64,000 nucleotides of DNA from Alphaproteobacteria bacterium (GTDB lineage Bacteria; Pseudomonadota; Alphaproteobacteria; UBA828), in assembly GCA_963422645.2 (NCBI GenBank), contig CAXXVO010000014.1, positions 224,001-288,000 of the forward strand, written 5' to 3'. The translations under genes were made by a program, and so were the position numbers. The notes beneath the pieces are model-generated. The model was given only the letters and a program-made list of their open reading frames with translations. It was not told where the DNA came from and did not search any database. Position 1 is the stretch's first letter, and the number at the start of each line of letters is the position of its first letter. Positions 50,831 to 60,446 of the stretch are shown in pieces.

Positions 50831-51184
50831 CTAGTGCGTCGCGGGCACCTGCTCACCCGGCGTGACGCGGCGCAGCGTGTCGAGCAGGGCCGGGTCCAGC
50901 GGGTCGAGGGGCCGCCCGGCGATCTCCTCGGCTGCAGCCCAGATTTGCGGCAGGTGCGTCACCATGGCGGTGCGGCCCGCGTGGCTCTTGACGACGTACT
51001 GGTTGTTGGTCCAGTCCGACGCCGCGCAGCCGTAGTGATCGAGGATGCGGTTGATCAGGGCGACGCGCTTCAGGCGACCCAGATAACGGGCGCGCCCGGT
51101 CTCAGGCTCGGCCGCGCGGCCCGCGTCGGTGCCGGCCTCGGTCCAGTGCGTGCCGCCCGCCATCATCGTACAGAACGCACACAC
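50831..51184 (-). CDS. Small hypothetical protein with N-terminal CxxC
   Basis: MCAFC...HWTE, DW....YV, WAAAE..AGRPLDPLDP; RBS-like GGGAG upstream. Confidence 0.7.
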   Translation of the reverse strand: MCAFCTMMAGGTHWTEAGTDAGRAAEPETGRARYLGRLKRVALINRILDHYGCAASDWTNNQYVVKSHAGRTAMVTHLPQIWAAAEEIAGRPLDPLDPALLDTLRRVTPGEQVPATH

Positions 51185-51351
51185 GGCAGCTGCTCCCCTT
51201 GCGTGCGCGGCCCCGCGCCGCCTCAGCGCACGTGCGAACGTAGCGCGGTGTGTGGGCCTGGAGAAGCCGGAAAGAGCGCGGACTCTTCAGGCTGACTGAC
51301 GATATCCGGTGGTGCTGCCGGCTTCGGCTCAGCGCAAATCACGCAACCTCT

Positions 51352-51381
51352 TTGACAAATTTGCAATCCGTATTACATATT
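51352..51381 (+). promoter_or_regulatory. Putative higBA promoter/operator
   Basis: TTGACA at 51352 and CATATT at 51376 (18-bp spacer). Imperfect palindrome GCAATCCGTATTAC. ATG at 51386, so likely leaderless. Confidence 0.55.
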
Positions 51382-51523
51382 GCCAATGGCAATTCGGTCG
51401 TTTGCCGACAAAGACACGGAGACCGTTTGGCTCGATAGGCGGGTGCGCCCTTTCCAGCACATTCAGGCCCAGGCCAAGCGCCGGCTGAACGTCCTGAATG
51501 CAGCAACCTCTTTGGATGACTTG

Positions 51524-53446
51524 CCTGACTTCGACGGTTGATTCGCGTAAGTATTTGAAATTGGCCGGTTCTCATTTCCGGCCAGGCACTACATCCGGCG
51601 GCGCTGCGAGACCGGGCCGGGTTTCGTCGGCGGTCAGTCGAGCTGGTACGGGGTGATCGTCAGGGGCAGCCCCATGGTCGCATAGATCTGTTCCGCCGCC
51701 GGTGTCGGCTTGGAGGGGATGACGTAGCGGTTGCCTGATTGGCGGCAGCGCAGGACCGAGCATTGGCGGTGGACGAGGGCGGAGCGGATGACTTCCGGGG
51801 ACATCCGCCGCTTCTGGATGGCGACGCGGTAGGCGAGGTGGCGGACGCAGGCGAAGGCCATGAAGGCGATGGCGATGTGGGCGCGGATCCGGTCCGGGTT
51901 CCAGTGCCAGATGGGGCGCACCCGCAGGTCGTGCTTGGTGATCCGGAAGCTCTCCTCGACCTGCCAGAGCCCGTGGTAGTGAGACATCACTTCGGTGACG
52001 CTGGCGTCGCGCAGATTGGTGATGACGCCGGCGAGCCCGTCCCATCGCTCGGCCTCGGCGATCTTCTCCGGGTTCACCGTGAGCCGGGCTTCGCCCTCGA
52101 CGGCGATGAAGCGCTTCGCCCCGTGATTGGAGAGCAGCTCCTTCGGATTGTCGCTGCGGGCCAGCCTGTCGAGCAGGCGCTCCACCTGCTTGCGGCGCTC
52201 GTGTGCGTCCGTGCGCGCGCGCACGGGGCAGAAGACGACGATCAGGCGCCGGCCCTTGTGCTCCCATTCGCCGACCCGGCGCTTCTCCGGGCCCTCCAGC
52301 GGGGCATAGGTGCCCGGGTCGAGAATCTGCTTCCGCAGCGCGAGCGGCAGCTTGCGCAGCCGCGCGCCGACGACGTACTCGCCGCCGATCGTGTCCATGG
52401 CGTCGAGGTTGTCGGCGCTCAGCATGCCCCGGTCGGCCACGCACACCGTGCGCTCCACCTGGTGGCGGCGCTGCATGTCCTGCAAGACCGGGACCAGGCT
52501 GTGCCCCTCGTAGGTGGCGCCGGGAAAGACCTCGTAGCCGATCGGCAGCCCTTCGCGCGTCACCATCAATGCCAGCAGGACCTGCGAGTCCTTGTGCTTG
52601 CCGTCCTTGCTGAAGCCGTGCTGGCGAAGCTCGTCCTCAACCGCGGTCTCGAAGTAGAGCGTGGTGCAATCGAAGAAGAGGAGCGCGACCGGCTCCGGCA
52701 GCAGCGATCGGCTCGCCTCGCCCACCTGCGTGCGCAGACGCTCGATCACGGTCGCGCCGAGTTGGTCCATCATGCGGTAGACCTTCTCAAGGGGAAGGCT
52801 CACGCCGAAGTCCTCCTCGAGCCGGCGCACGCTGCCCCGCTTGCTGTCGGGGTTGGCGATGCGTGCCATCACCACGTGGAACAGCGCGTCGTGCGAGGCC
52901 CGGTAGCGCGATCGCGGCAGCAGCGCATCGAGGCCCAGCAGGCGGTACATCTCGCCGTAGACCTCGTGGACGCCAGTGATCAGGCGCTGCTCCTCTTCGA
53001 GTTGCTTGAGATCGACCGGGAGTTCCTGCTTGCCGTCGCCCTGGCGTCCGACGCGGATCACCTGGTCTGCGATCTTCTCGGGCGCAAACAGCAAAGGCTG
53101 GCGCTGGTCCTCCAGCTTCGCCTTGACGTACTCGCCGAGCTGCCTCAGGCGCTCGAGCTCGTCCTCGTCCATGGCCACGCCGATGTGGCGAACGATGCGC
53201 TGTCGGACCTTGCCGCCGTCGCGCACGGCCTCGACGAGCTGGACCGAGCGTCGCGGGCTGTTGGGCGTGGTCTTGATGCGAACGAACACGGGGAAAGTGT
53301 AGCGCGCGGCGGGGGTATCGACAACCACATATACCTACTAGGCACTACAAAGCGGCTTGACCGCACCGCAACTTCTAAGTCATTGTCTTTGCAGAAAACT
53401 CCAGACGGGAGATCAGCCAAAATCCGGCCCAACCGTCGAAGTCAGG
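51524..53446 (-). mobile_element. IS1634-family element, 1923 bp
   Basis: Perfect 17-bp IR CCTGACTTCGACGGTTG. 133-bp direct repeats at 51391-51523 and 53447-53579. Confidence 0.95.
51634..53289 (-). CDS. IS1634-family transposase
   Basis: FFDCTTLYFE, GFSKDGK, VADRGM, LWQVEESFRITKHDL.VRPIWHW...RIRAH. Confidence 0.93.
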   Translation of the reverse strand: MFVRIKTTPNSPRRSVQLVEAVRDGGKVRQRIVRHIGVAMDEDELERLRQLGEYVKAKLEDQRQPLLFAPEKIADQVIRVGRQGDGKQELPVDLKQLEEEQRLITGVHEVYGEMYRLLGLDALLPRSRYRASHDALFHVVMARIANPDSKRGSVRRLEEDFGVSLPLEKVYRMMDQLGATVIERLRTQVGEASRSLLPEPVALLFFDCTTLYFETAVEDELRQHGFSKDGKHKDSQVLLALMVTREGLPIGYEVFPGATYEGHSLVPVLQDMQRRHQVERTVCVADRGMLSADNLDAMDTIGGEYVVGARLRKLPLALRKQILDPGTYAPLEGPEKRRVGEWEHKGRRLIVVFCPVRARTDAHERRKQVERLLDRLARSDNPKELLSNHGAKRFIAVEGEARLTVNPEKIAEAERWDGLAGVITNLRDASVTEVMSHYHGLWQVEESFRITKHDLRVRPIWHWNPDRIRAHIAIAFMAFACVRHLAYRVAIQKRRMSPEVIRSALVHRQCSVLRCRQSGNRYVIPSKPTPAAEQIYATMGLPLTITPYQLD

Positions 53447-53719
53447 AATTCGGTCGTTTGCCGACAAAGACACGGAGACCGTTTGGCTCGATAGGCGGGT
53501 GCGCCCTTTCCAGCACATTCAGGCCCAGGCCAAGCGCCGGCTGAACGTCCTGAATGCAGCAACCTCTTTGGATGACTTGCGGAACAACCCCGGCGCGAGG
53601 CTCCACAAGCTGCGGGGCGGCCGCGCTGGCCAATGGGCCATCGCCATCAACGAGCAGTACCGCATCACCTTCGGTTGGAAGGACGGACCCCTAAACGTAC
53701 AGATAACGGACTATCACCG

Positions 53720-54013
53720 ATGATCGGACCGATACACCCGGGCGTCACCCTGCGCGAAGACTTCATGGAGCCGCTCAACCTGAGCGCGAACGGCCTCGCG
53801 GAGGCCCTCGGCGTCCCCCAGAATCGCATCAGCGATATCGTTCGCGGCCGTCGCGGGGTCACCGCCGACACTGCGCTCAGGCTCGAGCGCGCCTTCGGCG
53901 TCTCTGCCGACTTCTGGCTCAACCTGCAGTCCCACTACGAGCTCGAGGTCGCCAGGCGGGACGCCGGGAAGGTGATCGAGAAGTCGGTGAGGCGGCTTTC
54001 CAGCGCCGCCTGA
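53720..54013 (+). CDS. higA: HigA antitoxin
   Basis: PIHPG.TLREDF, RISDIVRGRRGVTADTALRL, FWLNLQ. ATGA overlap with higB. Confidence 0.95.
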   Translation: MIGPIHPGVTLREDFMEPLNLSANGLAEALGVPQNRISDIVRGRRGVTADTALRLERAFGVSADFWLNLQSHYELEVARRDAGKVIEKSVRRLSSAA

Positions 54014-54024
54014 GACGCACGCCC

Positions 54025-54880
54025 TCAGGAAACGGCGAGTTCGGCGAGAAGGCCGTAGTGATCCGATACCGGTGAGCGGCTCGCCATCGGGGCGCGGCAC
54101 CAGCGGCTCGTCGAGAACGGTGCGAACAGTGCTGACCGCCACTCTGCGACTGCCGCCCGGCCGCACGAAGATGTGGTCGACTCGGCGGGCGGGACCGGCG
54201 GCCCGGCCTCGGTTGAGCGGATTGGCGGGATCCCACGTGCCTTGAGGCCGGGCGTCATCCGGCAGGGCGGCGGCAACTTCCGTAAACCCGGCGGCCTGAA
54301 GGAGGCGGTCGGTCACGGCGTCCGCGGCCGGGTCGCAGTTGAAGTCGCCGGCGAGCACGACCGTGCCTTCGAGGGCTGCGCCGGCGGCCTCGATCGCCTG
54401 GGCGATCTGCGCGCTCCGCCGGTCGGGCGCGCCCCGGCGCCGCTTGCGCCGATAGGCGCCGCCGGCGGTGGCGTGGAGGTTGACGACGCGAACCCGGCCG
54501 AGGTCGGGCGTATCCACCGTGCAGGCGAGCATCCCGCGCGGTCCGAAGAGGCCTTCTTCCAGCGTCTGCTGTGCGAAGGACGTGCACGAGGCGTTTGCCA
54601 CCGGATGGCGCGAAAGGGTGAGCAGCCCGGTGCCGTAGAAGCGGCTGTCCTCGGCGATGCCGGCGCTGTGGGGGTAGAGATCGCGCAGCTCCGCGGCCAG
54701 CCTCACTTTGACGCGCTGCGGCACCAGCTCCTGCAAGAGGACGATATCGGCGTCCACGCCGCGCAGCGCGGGCGCGAGGTGCGCGGCGCGGGCGATAACA
54801 TGGGGCACGTCCTCGTAGAGCGCGGCGCCGAAGAGCCGAATTTCGGTCAGGCCGGTATTGAAGGTCAGGATGCGCAGCAC
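54025..54880 (-). pseudogene. Endonuclease/exonuclease/phosphatase family protein, +1 frameshift near 54071
   Basis: LTFN, LLQE, AGDFN, VDHIF; the terminal SDHYGL motif lies in another frame. Confidence 0.8.
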
Positions 54881-54893
54881 CGGCGCAGCCAGG

Positions 54894-55820
54894 CTATGGC
54901 CCCGCCCCGGCCGACGGTGCAGGCGGGGGGCTGCGGTTCACCAGGAAGAGCCCGGCGAAGAGCAGGCCGACGGCGAGGCCGATCCAGGGGCTCGGCACCT
55001 CGCCGAAATAGAGCGCCGCCCAGCCCATCCCGCAGAGCGGGCCGATGTAGCCGTTGGTCGAGAAGAAGACCGGCCCCGCCATGCGAATGATTTCGAGCCC
55101 GAGCACGAAGAAGCACGCCGTGAGCGCGCCGCCGCCGATCAGCGACCAGTCGCCGTCGCTCATGGTGCCGTCGAAGAGCCACCAGCTGTCGGCGGCAGCC
55201 ATCACCGGCAGCATCAGGATCGCGCCCGCGAAAGCGATGCCGCAGGTCAGCGGGATCGGCTGGCTGCCGGCCGGGCGCAGGAACACCACCGTGACGCTGC
55301 CGAAGGCGTAGCAGACGGGTGAGCCGAAGGCCAAGAGCAGCCAGGGCGCCATGCCTGGCTCCGGCAGGCTCGACCCCGGCGCCAGCACCACCAGGATGCC
55401 TGCGAGGCCAAGCAGGATTCCCGTGACGCGCAGCAGCCGCATGGCGTCGAGCTTGAACAGGATCGAGAAGGCGTAGGTGAGGATCGGTGAGAGCGTGAGG
55501 GTGAGCGCGACCGCGCCGGCCGGCACCTTGGGCGCGGCCAGCGCCAGCAGGGTGTAAGGGACACCGATGCCGATGAAGCCGAAGATCAAATAGAAGCGAA
55601 GGTAGGCGCCGCTCAGTTTCGGTCGCTGTCCCATTGAGAGACCGGCGATCAGGGCGATCGTCCCCGCCAGCACGCCTTGCCAAAAGACGAAGGGAAAGAC
55701 CGGGATGCCCTCGGTAATGGCGATCCGGTTGAGCGAGAAGGTCATGGCGTAGCTGGATGAGCCGAAGAGCAACATTGCGAGCGGCAACAGCCGCCCGCTC
55801 TGGCGCTCGGCGACGTTCAC
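54894..55820 (-). CDS. DMT/EamA-family transporter
   Basis: About 10 hydrophobic segments in two EamA-like repeats. Confidence 0.88.
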   Translation of the reverse strand: MNVAERQSGRLLPLAMLLFGSSSYAMTFSLNRIAITEGIPVFPFVFWQGVLAGTIALIAGLSMGQRPKLSGAYLRFYLIFGFIGIGVPYTLLALAAPKVPAGAVALTLTLSPILTYAFSILFKLDAMRLLRVTGILLGLAGILVVLAPGSSLPEPGMAPWLLLAFGSPVCYAFGSVTVVFLRPAGSQPIPLTCGIAFAGAILMLPVMAAADSWWLFDGTMSDGDWSLIGGGALTACFFVLGLEIIRMAGPVFFSTNGYIGPLCGMGWAALYFGEVPSPWIGLAVGLLFAGLFLVNRSPPPAPSAGAGP

Positions 55821-55832
55821 GAGGCTCGCCCG

Positions 55833-56603
55833 CTATTCCGCAAGCCCGGCGGTGAGTCCGCCGTCGATCACGAGTGCGGTGCCGGTAATCCAACGGGCGT
55901 CGTCGGAGGCGAGGTAGACAAAGCCGTCGGCGATGTCGCGCGGCGTCCCGATACGGCCCAGGGGCGTGTGGCCCGCTGCGCGGGCGAGGGCGGCTTCGGG
56001 GTCCGGCTGATCTGCGAGGTAGCCATCGAACATCGGCGTAGCCACGAAGCCGGGGCAGATGCAGTTGGCGCGGATGCCGTGCGGCGCTCCGTCGAGCGCC
56101 ATGCAGCGGGTGAGCATGATCAGGCCTGCCTTGGAGGCGACGTAGGCGGCATCCTGCCGGACGCCTACGACGCCGGCGATCGAGGCCGTGCTCAGGATCG
56201 TGCCCCCGCCTGCCGCAGCGAAGTGCGGCCAGAACGCCTTCGAGACCCGATAGGCGCCGCTCAGGTTGATGTCGATTTCGCGCTGCCAGTCGGTTTCCGT
56301 GAGCTCCGCCACACCGCCCAGGATGGTGACGCCGGCATTGTTCACCAGCACGTCGATCCGGCCCAGCGCCGCCAGCGCCTCCTCGGCAAGGCGCGCTACC
56401 TCCCGCTCGCTGGTGATGTCGACGCTTGCGGCGACCGCGTCGGCCCCCTTCGCGACGATCGATGCAGCGACGGCGACGGCGCCTTCGGCGTCCAGGTCGG
56501 CGCAGACGACCGCCGCACCTTCCTCTGCGAAGCGGAGCGATGTTTCGCGGCCGATGCCCGATGCGGCACCGGTGACGACGGCGTTCCTGCCGGCGAGTCT
56601 CAC
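55833..56603 (-). CDS. Short-chain dehydrogenase/reductase
   Basis: TGAASGIG, NNAG, YVASK, DGG. Confidence 0.95.
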   Translation of the reverse strand: MRLAGRNAVVTGAASGIGRETSLRFAEEGAAVVCADLDAEGAVAVAASIVAKGADAVAASVDITSEREVARLAEEALAALGRIDVLVNNAGVTILGGVAELTETDWQREIDINLSGAYRVSKAFWPHFAAAGGGTILSTASIAGVVGVRQDAAYVASKAGLIMLTRCMALDGAPHGIRANCICPGFVATPMFDGYLADQPDPEAALARAAGHTPLGRIGTPRDIADGFVYLASDDARWITGTALVIDGGLTAGLAE

Positions 56604-56625
56604 TGGGGAGGGCCGGCGCGCCCGC

Positions 56626-57579
56626 CTACGCGGGCATGGTCTCGTTCCGGCGCTGGGCGCGCTGCATCAGGATCATGCCGATCACCGCGAACACGCTGAG
56701 GCAGATCAGGATGAAGAGGCCGAGTGCCGCCACGTAGGCCCAATCGAGGTCCTTGAATGTGAGGTCGAGGATGTAGACGGAGATCGACTTGGTGGCCACG
56801 CCCGGCCCGCCGCCGGTCATTACGTAAAGAACATCGAAGATCTTGATGCACTCGATGGTGCGGATGACCAGCGCGATGATCATCACCATCTTCATGCGCG
56901 GCAGCACGATGCGCCAGAAGCGTTGCCACGCGTTCGCGCCCAGCAGCGTCGCCGCTTTCATCTGGTCCTCGGGCACGCCCACCATGCCTGCGAGCAGGAT
57001 CAGGAACATCAGCGGCGTCCACTGCCAGATGTCGGCGATCATTACCGAGATCATCGCCAGCGTGCCGTCGGCCAGCCACAGGATCTCGACTTCGCTGCCG
57101 CTGATCCGGCTGAGCAGGTCGTTGATGGGGCCCGAGCTCTGGAAGAGCATGAAGAACATGTAGCCGGCGACCGCGGGCACGATCATCATCGGCATCAGCA
57201 TGATCGAGTAGAAGAGCCGCTTGCCCACGAATTTCTCGGCGAACAGGATGGCGAGGCCCAGGCCCAGCAGGAACTCGATGGGCACGCAGACGGCGACGAT
57301 CAGGAAGGTGCGCCCGATCGAGCCCCAGAGCTTCGAGTCGTCGAAGAGGTCGCCGTAGTTGCCGAAGAGGTTGGCGCTCTCATAGGCCATGTACCAGGGC
57401 GTGCCGTCGAGCGGCCCCCACCAGGTGAAGCTCACGTAGAGCTGCATCACCAGCGGGAAGGCGACGATGAAGAGCAGCAGCAGCTGGGCCGGGAGCGTCA
57501 GGTAGAGCCCGAGCACCTTGCCCTGGCGTTCCAGCGGCGTGAGCGCGGGCCGTCTGGCCTTTGTCGCCGCCTTGCTCAT
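56626..57579 (-). CDS. Carbohydrate ABC permease (MalF/UgpA-like)
   Basis: ADIWQWTP, AATLLGA..WQRF..IVLP, TGGGPG. Confidence 0.92.
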   Translation of the reverse strand: MSKAATKARRPALTPLERQGKVLGLYLTLPAQLLLLFIVAFPLVMQLYVSFTWWGPLDGTPWYMAYESANLFGNYGDLFDDSKLWGSIGRTFLIVAVCVPIEFLLGLGLAILFAEKFVGKRLFYSIMLMPMMIVPAVAGYMFFMLFQSSGPINDLLSRISGSEVEILWLADGTLAMISVMIADIWQWTPLMFLILLAGMVGVPEDQMKAATLLGANAWQRFWRIVLPRMKMVMIIALVIRTIECIKIFDVLYVMTGGGPGVATKSISVYILDLTFKDLDWAYVAALGLFILICLSVFAVIGMILMQRAQRRNETMPA

Positions 57580-58436
57580 TGCTTCAGCGCCCCGAAGGTG
57601 AGCCCGCGCACCAGATACTTCTGGATCGCGATGCCGAAGACCACCGGCGGCACCACGGCGATGAGGCCGAGCGCGGCCTTGGCGCCGTACATCTGCCCCG
57701 TCATCGCCGACGAGAGCGAGTTCATGTAGACCGGAATGGTCACCCACTCCTTGCGGGTCAGCAGCAGGGCGATGACGTAGTCGCTCCAGTTGAGGATGAA
57801 GACGAAGAGCGTGGTGCTGGCGAGCGCCGCCTTCACCATCGGCAGCGTGATCTTCCAGAACACGCGGAACCAGCTGCAGCCCTCGACGAGCGCGGCCTCC
57901 TCGATCTCCCGCGGCACTTCATCGAAGAAGGTCTTCATCAGCCAGAAGGCGAAGGGCAGCGTGACGATGCCGTAGATGAGCGAGAGCCCCCACCAGGAAT
58001 CCATGGCGCCGATGAAGGCCCACATGATCATCACCGGGATCATCACCGCGAGCGGCGGGAAGAGCCGGAGCTGGAGCACGCCCAGGGGCAGGTTGCGCCC
58101 GACCATGAAGCGGGAGACCGCATAGGCGCCGAGGGTGCCGGCGATGACGGCGATCGCAGTACCAAGCAGCGCAGTGACGAGGCTGGAGATGATCGGTTTG
58201 GTGGCGGTCCGCTCGTGGGTGATGGAGTAGGCGTCCGTCTCGCCCGTGAAGATGTATTCGAAATTGGCGAAGGTGGGCTCACGCGGCAGCCAGTGCAGGT
58301 CGCCTGCGGTCGACACCCACTCGGTGTGGGGCTTGAAGGCCATCGTGGCCATCCACACCACCGGCAGCAGCGCCAGGCCGACGGCGACAAGGATCAGCGC
58401 GTAGCGCCAGAGGTGGGAGGTGTACGCTCTTTGCAT
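57576..58436 (-). CDS. Carbohydrate ABC permease (MalG/UgpE-like)
   Basis: EVPREIEEAALVEG, QKYLVRGLTFGALK. Confidence 0.93.
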   Translation of the reverse strand: MQRAYTSHLWRYALILVAVGLALLPVVWMATMAFKPHTEWVSTAGDLHWLPREPTFANFEYIFTGETDAYSITHERTATKPIISSLVTALLGTAIAVIAGTLGAYAVSRFMVGRNLPLGVLQLRLFPPLAVMIPVMIMWAFIGAMDSWWGLSLIYGIVTLPFAFWLMKTFFDEVPREIEEAALVEGCSWFRVFWKITLPMVKAALASTTLFVFILNWSDYVIALLLTRKEWVTIPVYMNSLSSAMTGQMYGAKAALGLIAVVPPVVFGIAIQKYLVRGLTFGALKQ

Positions 58437-58582
58437 CGCTACTCAGGCCGCGGTCCCGGGCCGCTCACGGTGCTCACGGGCGACCGATCATCGCCTTGAA
58501 CTGAAAACACGATCGGGAGAGGAGCGGGCGGCGCGCAAACGCTGCGCACCGCCCACCAGGGACCGCTTCGGCGCTTTTCGGA

Positions 58583-60160
58583 TCAGGCTTGGTCGATGAC
58601 CGTCGACCAGCCGGACTTCGCGGCGTTGATCAGTTCGGTCATCTTGTCCTCGCCCTTCTTCCGGATGTGCCGGCGCCACGACTTGGCGGTGTTCTCCATC
58701 GCCTCCTGCGCCGAGATCTCGCCTGCCAGGGCGGAGACGAGGTTCTCGCTCAGCGTGTTGTGCATCGCGAATTGACCCGGGATGGCAATGGTGGGCACCG
58801 CGCGCGCCACCGTGCCCTCGATGACCGGCACGTGGTAGGGCTTGTAGGACTGGATGACCAGCGGATCCTGGAAGTTGGCAAGCTGGAAGGGATCGAAGAA
58901 CCCGCCCGGATTGCCGGTCAGCAGGCTGAAGATCCGCGTGGACCCCGACCACTGCAGCCAGAGATACGCGGCCTCCTGATACTCGCTCTGGGTCGAGACG
59001 CCGCCGTTATTGCCGAGATAGATCGTGGAGCGGCGCACCAGGTCTTGGCCGAACTGATGGCCCGGCGGCAGGAACGAGCCCATCTTGCCGCCGATCGCAG
59101 TTTCGGAATTGTCGAGGAACTTCGGACAGTTGGAGAAGGTGCCGAGCATGAACGAGTTGCCGTTGGCCATGTTCCCGTAATACTCGGGCCAGCTCCAGCC
59201 GAGGCCGCCCCTGTCCGACCAGTCGAGGCTCTTGACGTGCTCCTCGGTGGCCTGGATGCCGGCGTCGGTGTCGATGATCGGGTTGCCCTCGTCGTCGAAC
59301 AGGTGCTGGTTGGGATTGTCCTTGCTGACGTAGCGGTTGTACCAGGTGCTGATGCCCCAGAAGTGGCTCATCATGTTGCCGTTGCCGAGCATGCCCTTCG
59401 AGGTGAAGAACTCGGCCAGCTGGTCGCATTCGCCCCAGGTACGCGGCGGCCCGATCTCCCAGCCGTACTTGTCGCCGAACTCCTTCTGGTTCGCCGGGTC
59501 TTCCGTCAGGTCTCTGCGATAGACCCAGACCTGGGCGTCGCCGTCGTAGCAGACCGAGCGGGGCTCGCCGCCGTACTTGTAGAGCATGTCGTAGGATTCC
59601 GGCGTCGGCATCCCACGTTGGGGGTCGGCGAAGTCGGCGCCGTGCTTCTCGATCCATTCGCCGAGCGGCGCGATGCCGTTGGCCTCGGACAGATCGCCCA
59701 TGGCCGCGTAGCCGAAGGTGTAGACGTCGTAAGCCGCGGAGCTGGTGGTGACGTCCTGGATCACCTTGTTGAACTGCTCCTCCGGCGAGACCGGGATGAA
59801 CTCGAGCTTCACACCGGTCTCGGCTTCCCAGATCGACTGCAGCGTCGGCCCGTCCGGCGGCCAGGGATTTGTGAAGTGGCCGATGGCGCCGTCGGTCATC
59901 AGGATGTTGAGTTTTTCGGGCGCCTTGCCTTCGGCCTTGAGCTTGCGGATGCCCTCGACCGCGCGCCCTTCGGACATGGTCTCGTTGTACTGGTAGCGCT
60001 CTGCCCCCTCGAAGCCCGTGGGGCCGCCCGTCATGCCCTCTGCCAGCCCTGCGGCCCGCGCGGGGCGGATGAACTTGGGCGCGATCCCGATGGGCGAGGT
60101 GAGCACCACGCCTGCTGCGCCAGCCTTCAACGCCTGCCGCCGCGTAATCTTCATCGCCAT
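58583..60160 (-). CDS. Tat-exported carbohydrate ABC substrate-binding protein
   Basis: ITRRQALK twin-arginine signal; YRRDL, PPRTW; upstream of two sugar permeases. Confidence 0.88.
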   Translation of the reverse strand: MAMKITRRQALKAGAAGVVLTSPIGIAPKFIRPARAAGLAEGMTGGPTGFEGAERYQYNETMSEGRAVEGIRKLKAEGKAPEKLNILMTDGAIGHFTNPWPPDGPTLQSIWEAETGVKLEFIPVSPEEQFNKVIQDVTTSSAAYDVYTFGYAAMGDLSEANGIAPLGEWIEKHGADFADPQRGMPTPESYDMLYKYGGEPRSVCYDGDAQVWVYRRDLTEDPANQKEFGDKYGWEIGPPRTWGECDQLAEFFTSKGMLGNGNMMSHFWGISTWYNRYVSKDNPNQHLFDDEGNPIIDTDAGIQATEEHVKSLDWSDRGGLGWSWPEYYGNMANGNSFMLGTFSNCPKFLDNSETAIGGKMGSFLPPGHQFGQDLVRRSTIYLGNNGGVSTQSEYQEAAYLWLQWSGSTRIFSLLTGNPGGFFDPFQLANFQDPLVIQSYKPYHVPVIEGTVARAVPTIAIPGQFAMHNTLSENLVSALAGEISAQEAMENTAKSWRRHIRKKGEDKMTELINAAKSGWSTVIDQA

Positions 60161-60446
60161 TGATGCCTCCCGTGGTTCTTCCCGATGAGTGGCCCGAGCC
60201 GTCGAGCCGGCGCTTGGGTACCATCCAACCCTATACCACGCGTGCGCGCCGCTATGCATCCTCCAAGCGCCACCGATGTCGCGACCGGTCTTCGCGCCAG
60301 CCGCCGATGGGAAGCGACCGACTCTGGTGGCGCATGCCTGCTCATGGCGGTTTACGAGTAAAGTTCGCGGGTCTATCGGGCGGGCGATGTCGAAGGCATG
60401 ATGGCGCTCGACCGCGACAATCGCCCCGAATCAGCCCGGCCCTGCG

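Larger units (their letters stand above)
51386..53723 (+). pseudogene. higB: HigB (RelE/ParE family) toxin interrupted by IS1634
   Basis: Reconstructs to MAIRSFADKDTE...LDDLRNNPGARLHKLRGGRAGQWAIAINEQYRITF...ITDYHR. Confidence 0.92.
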
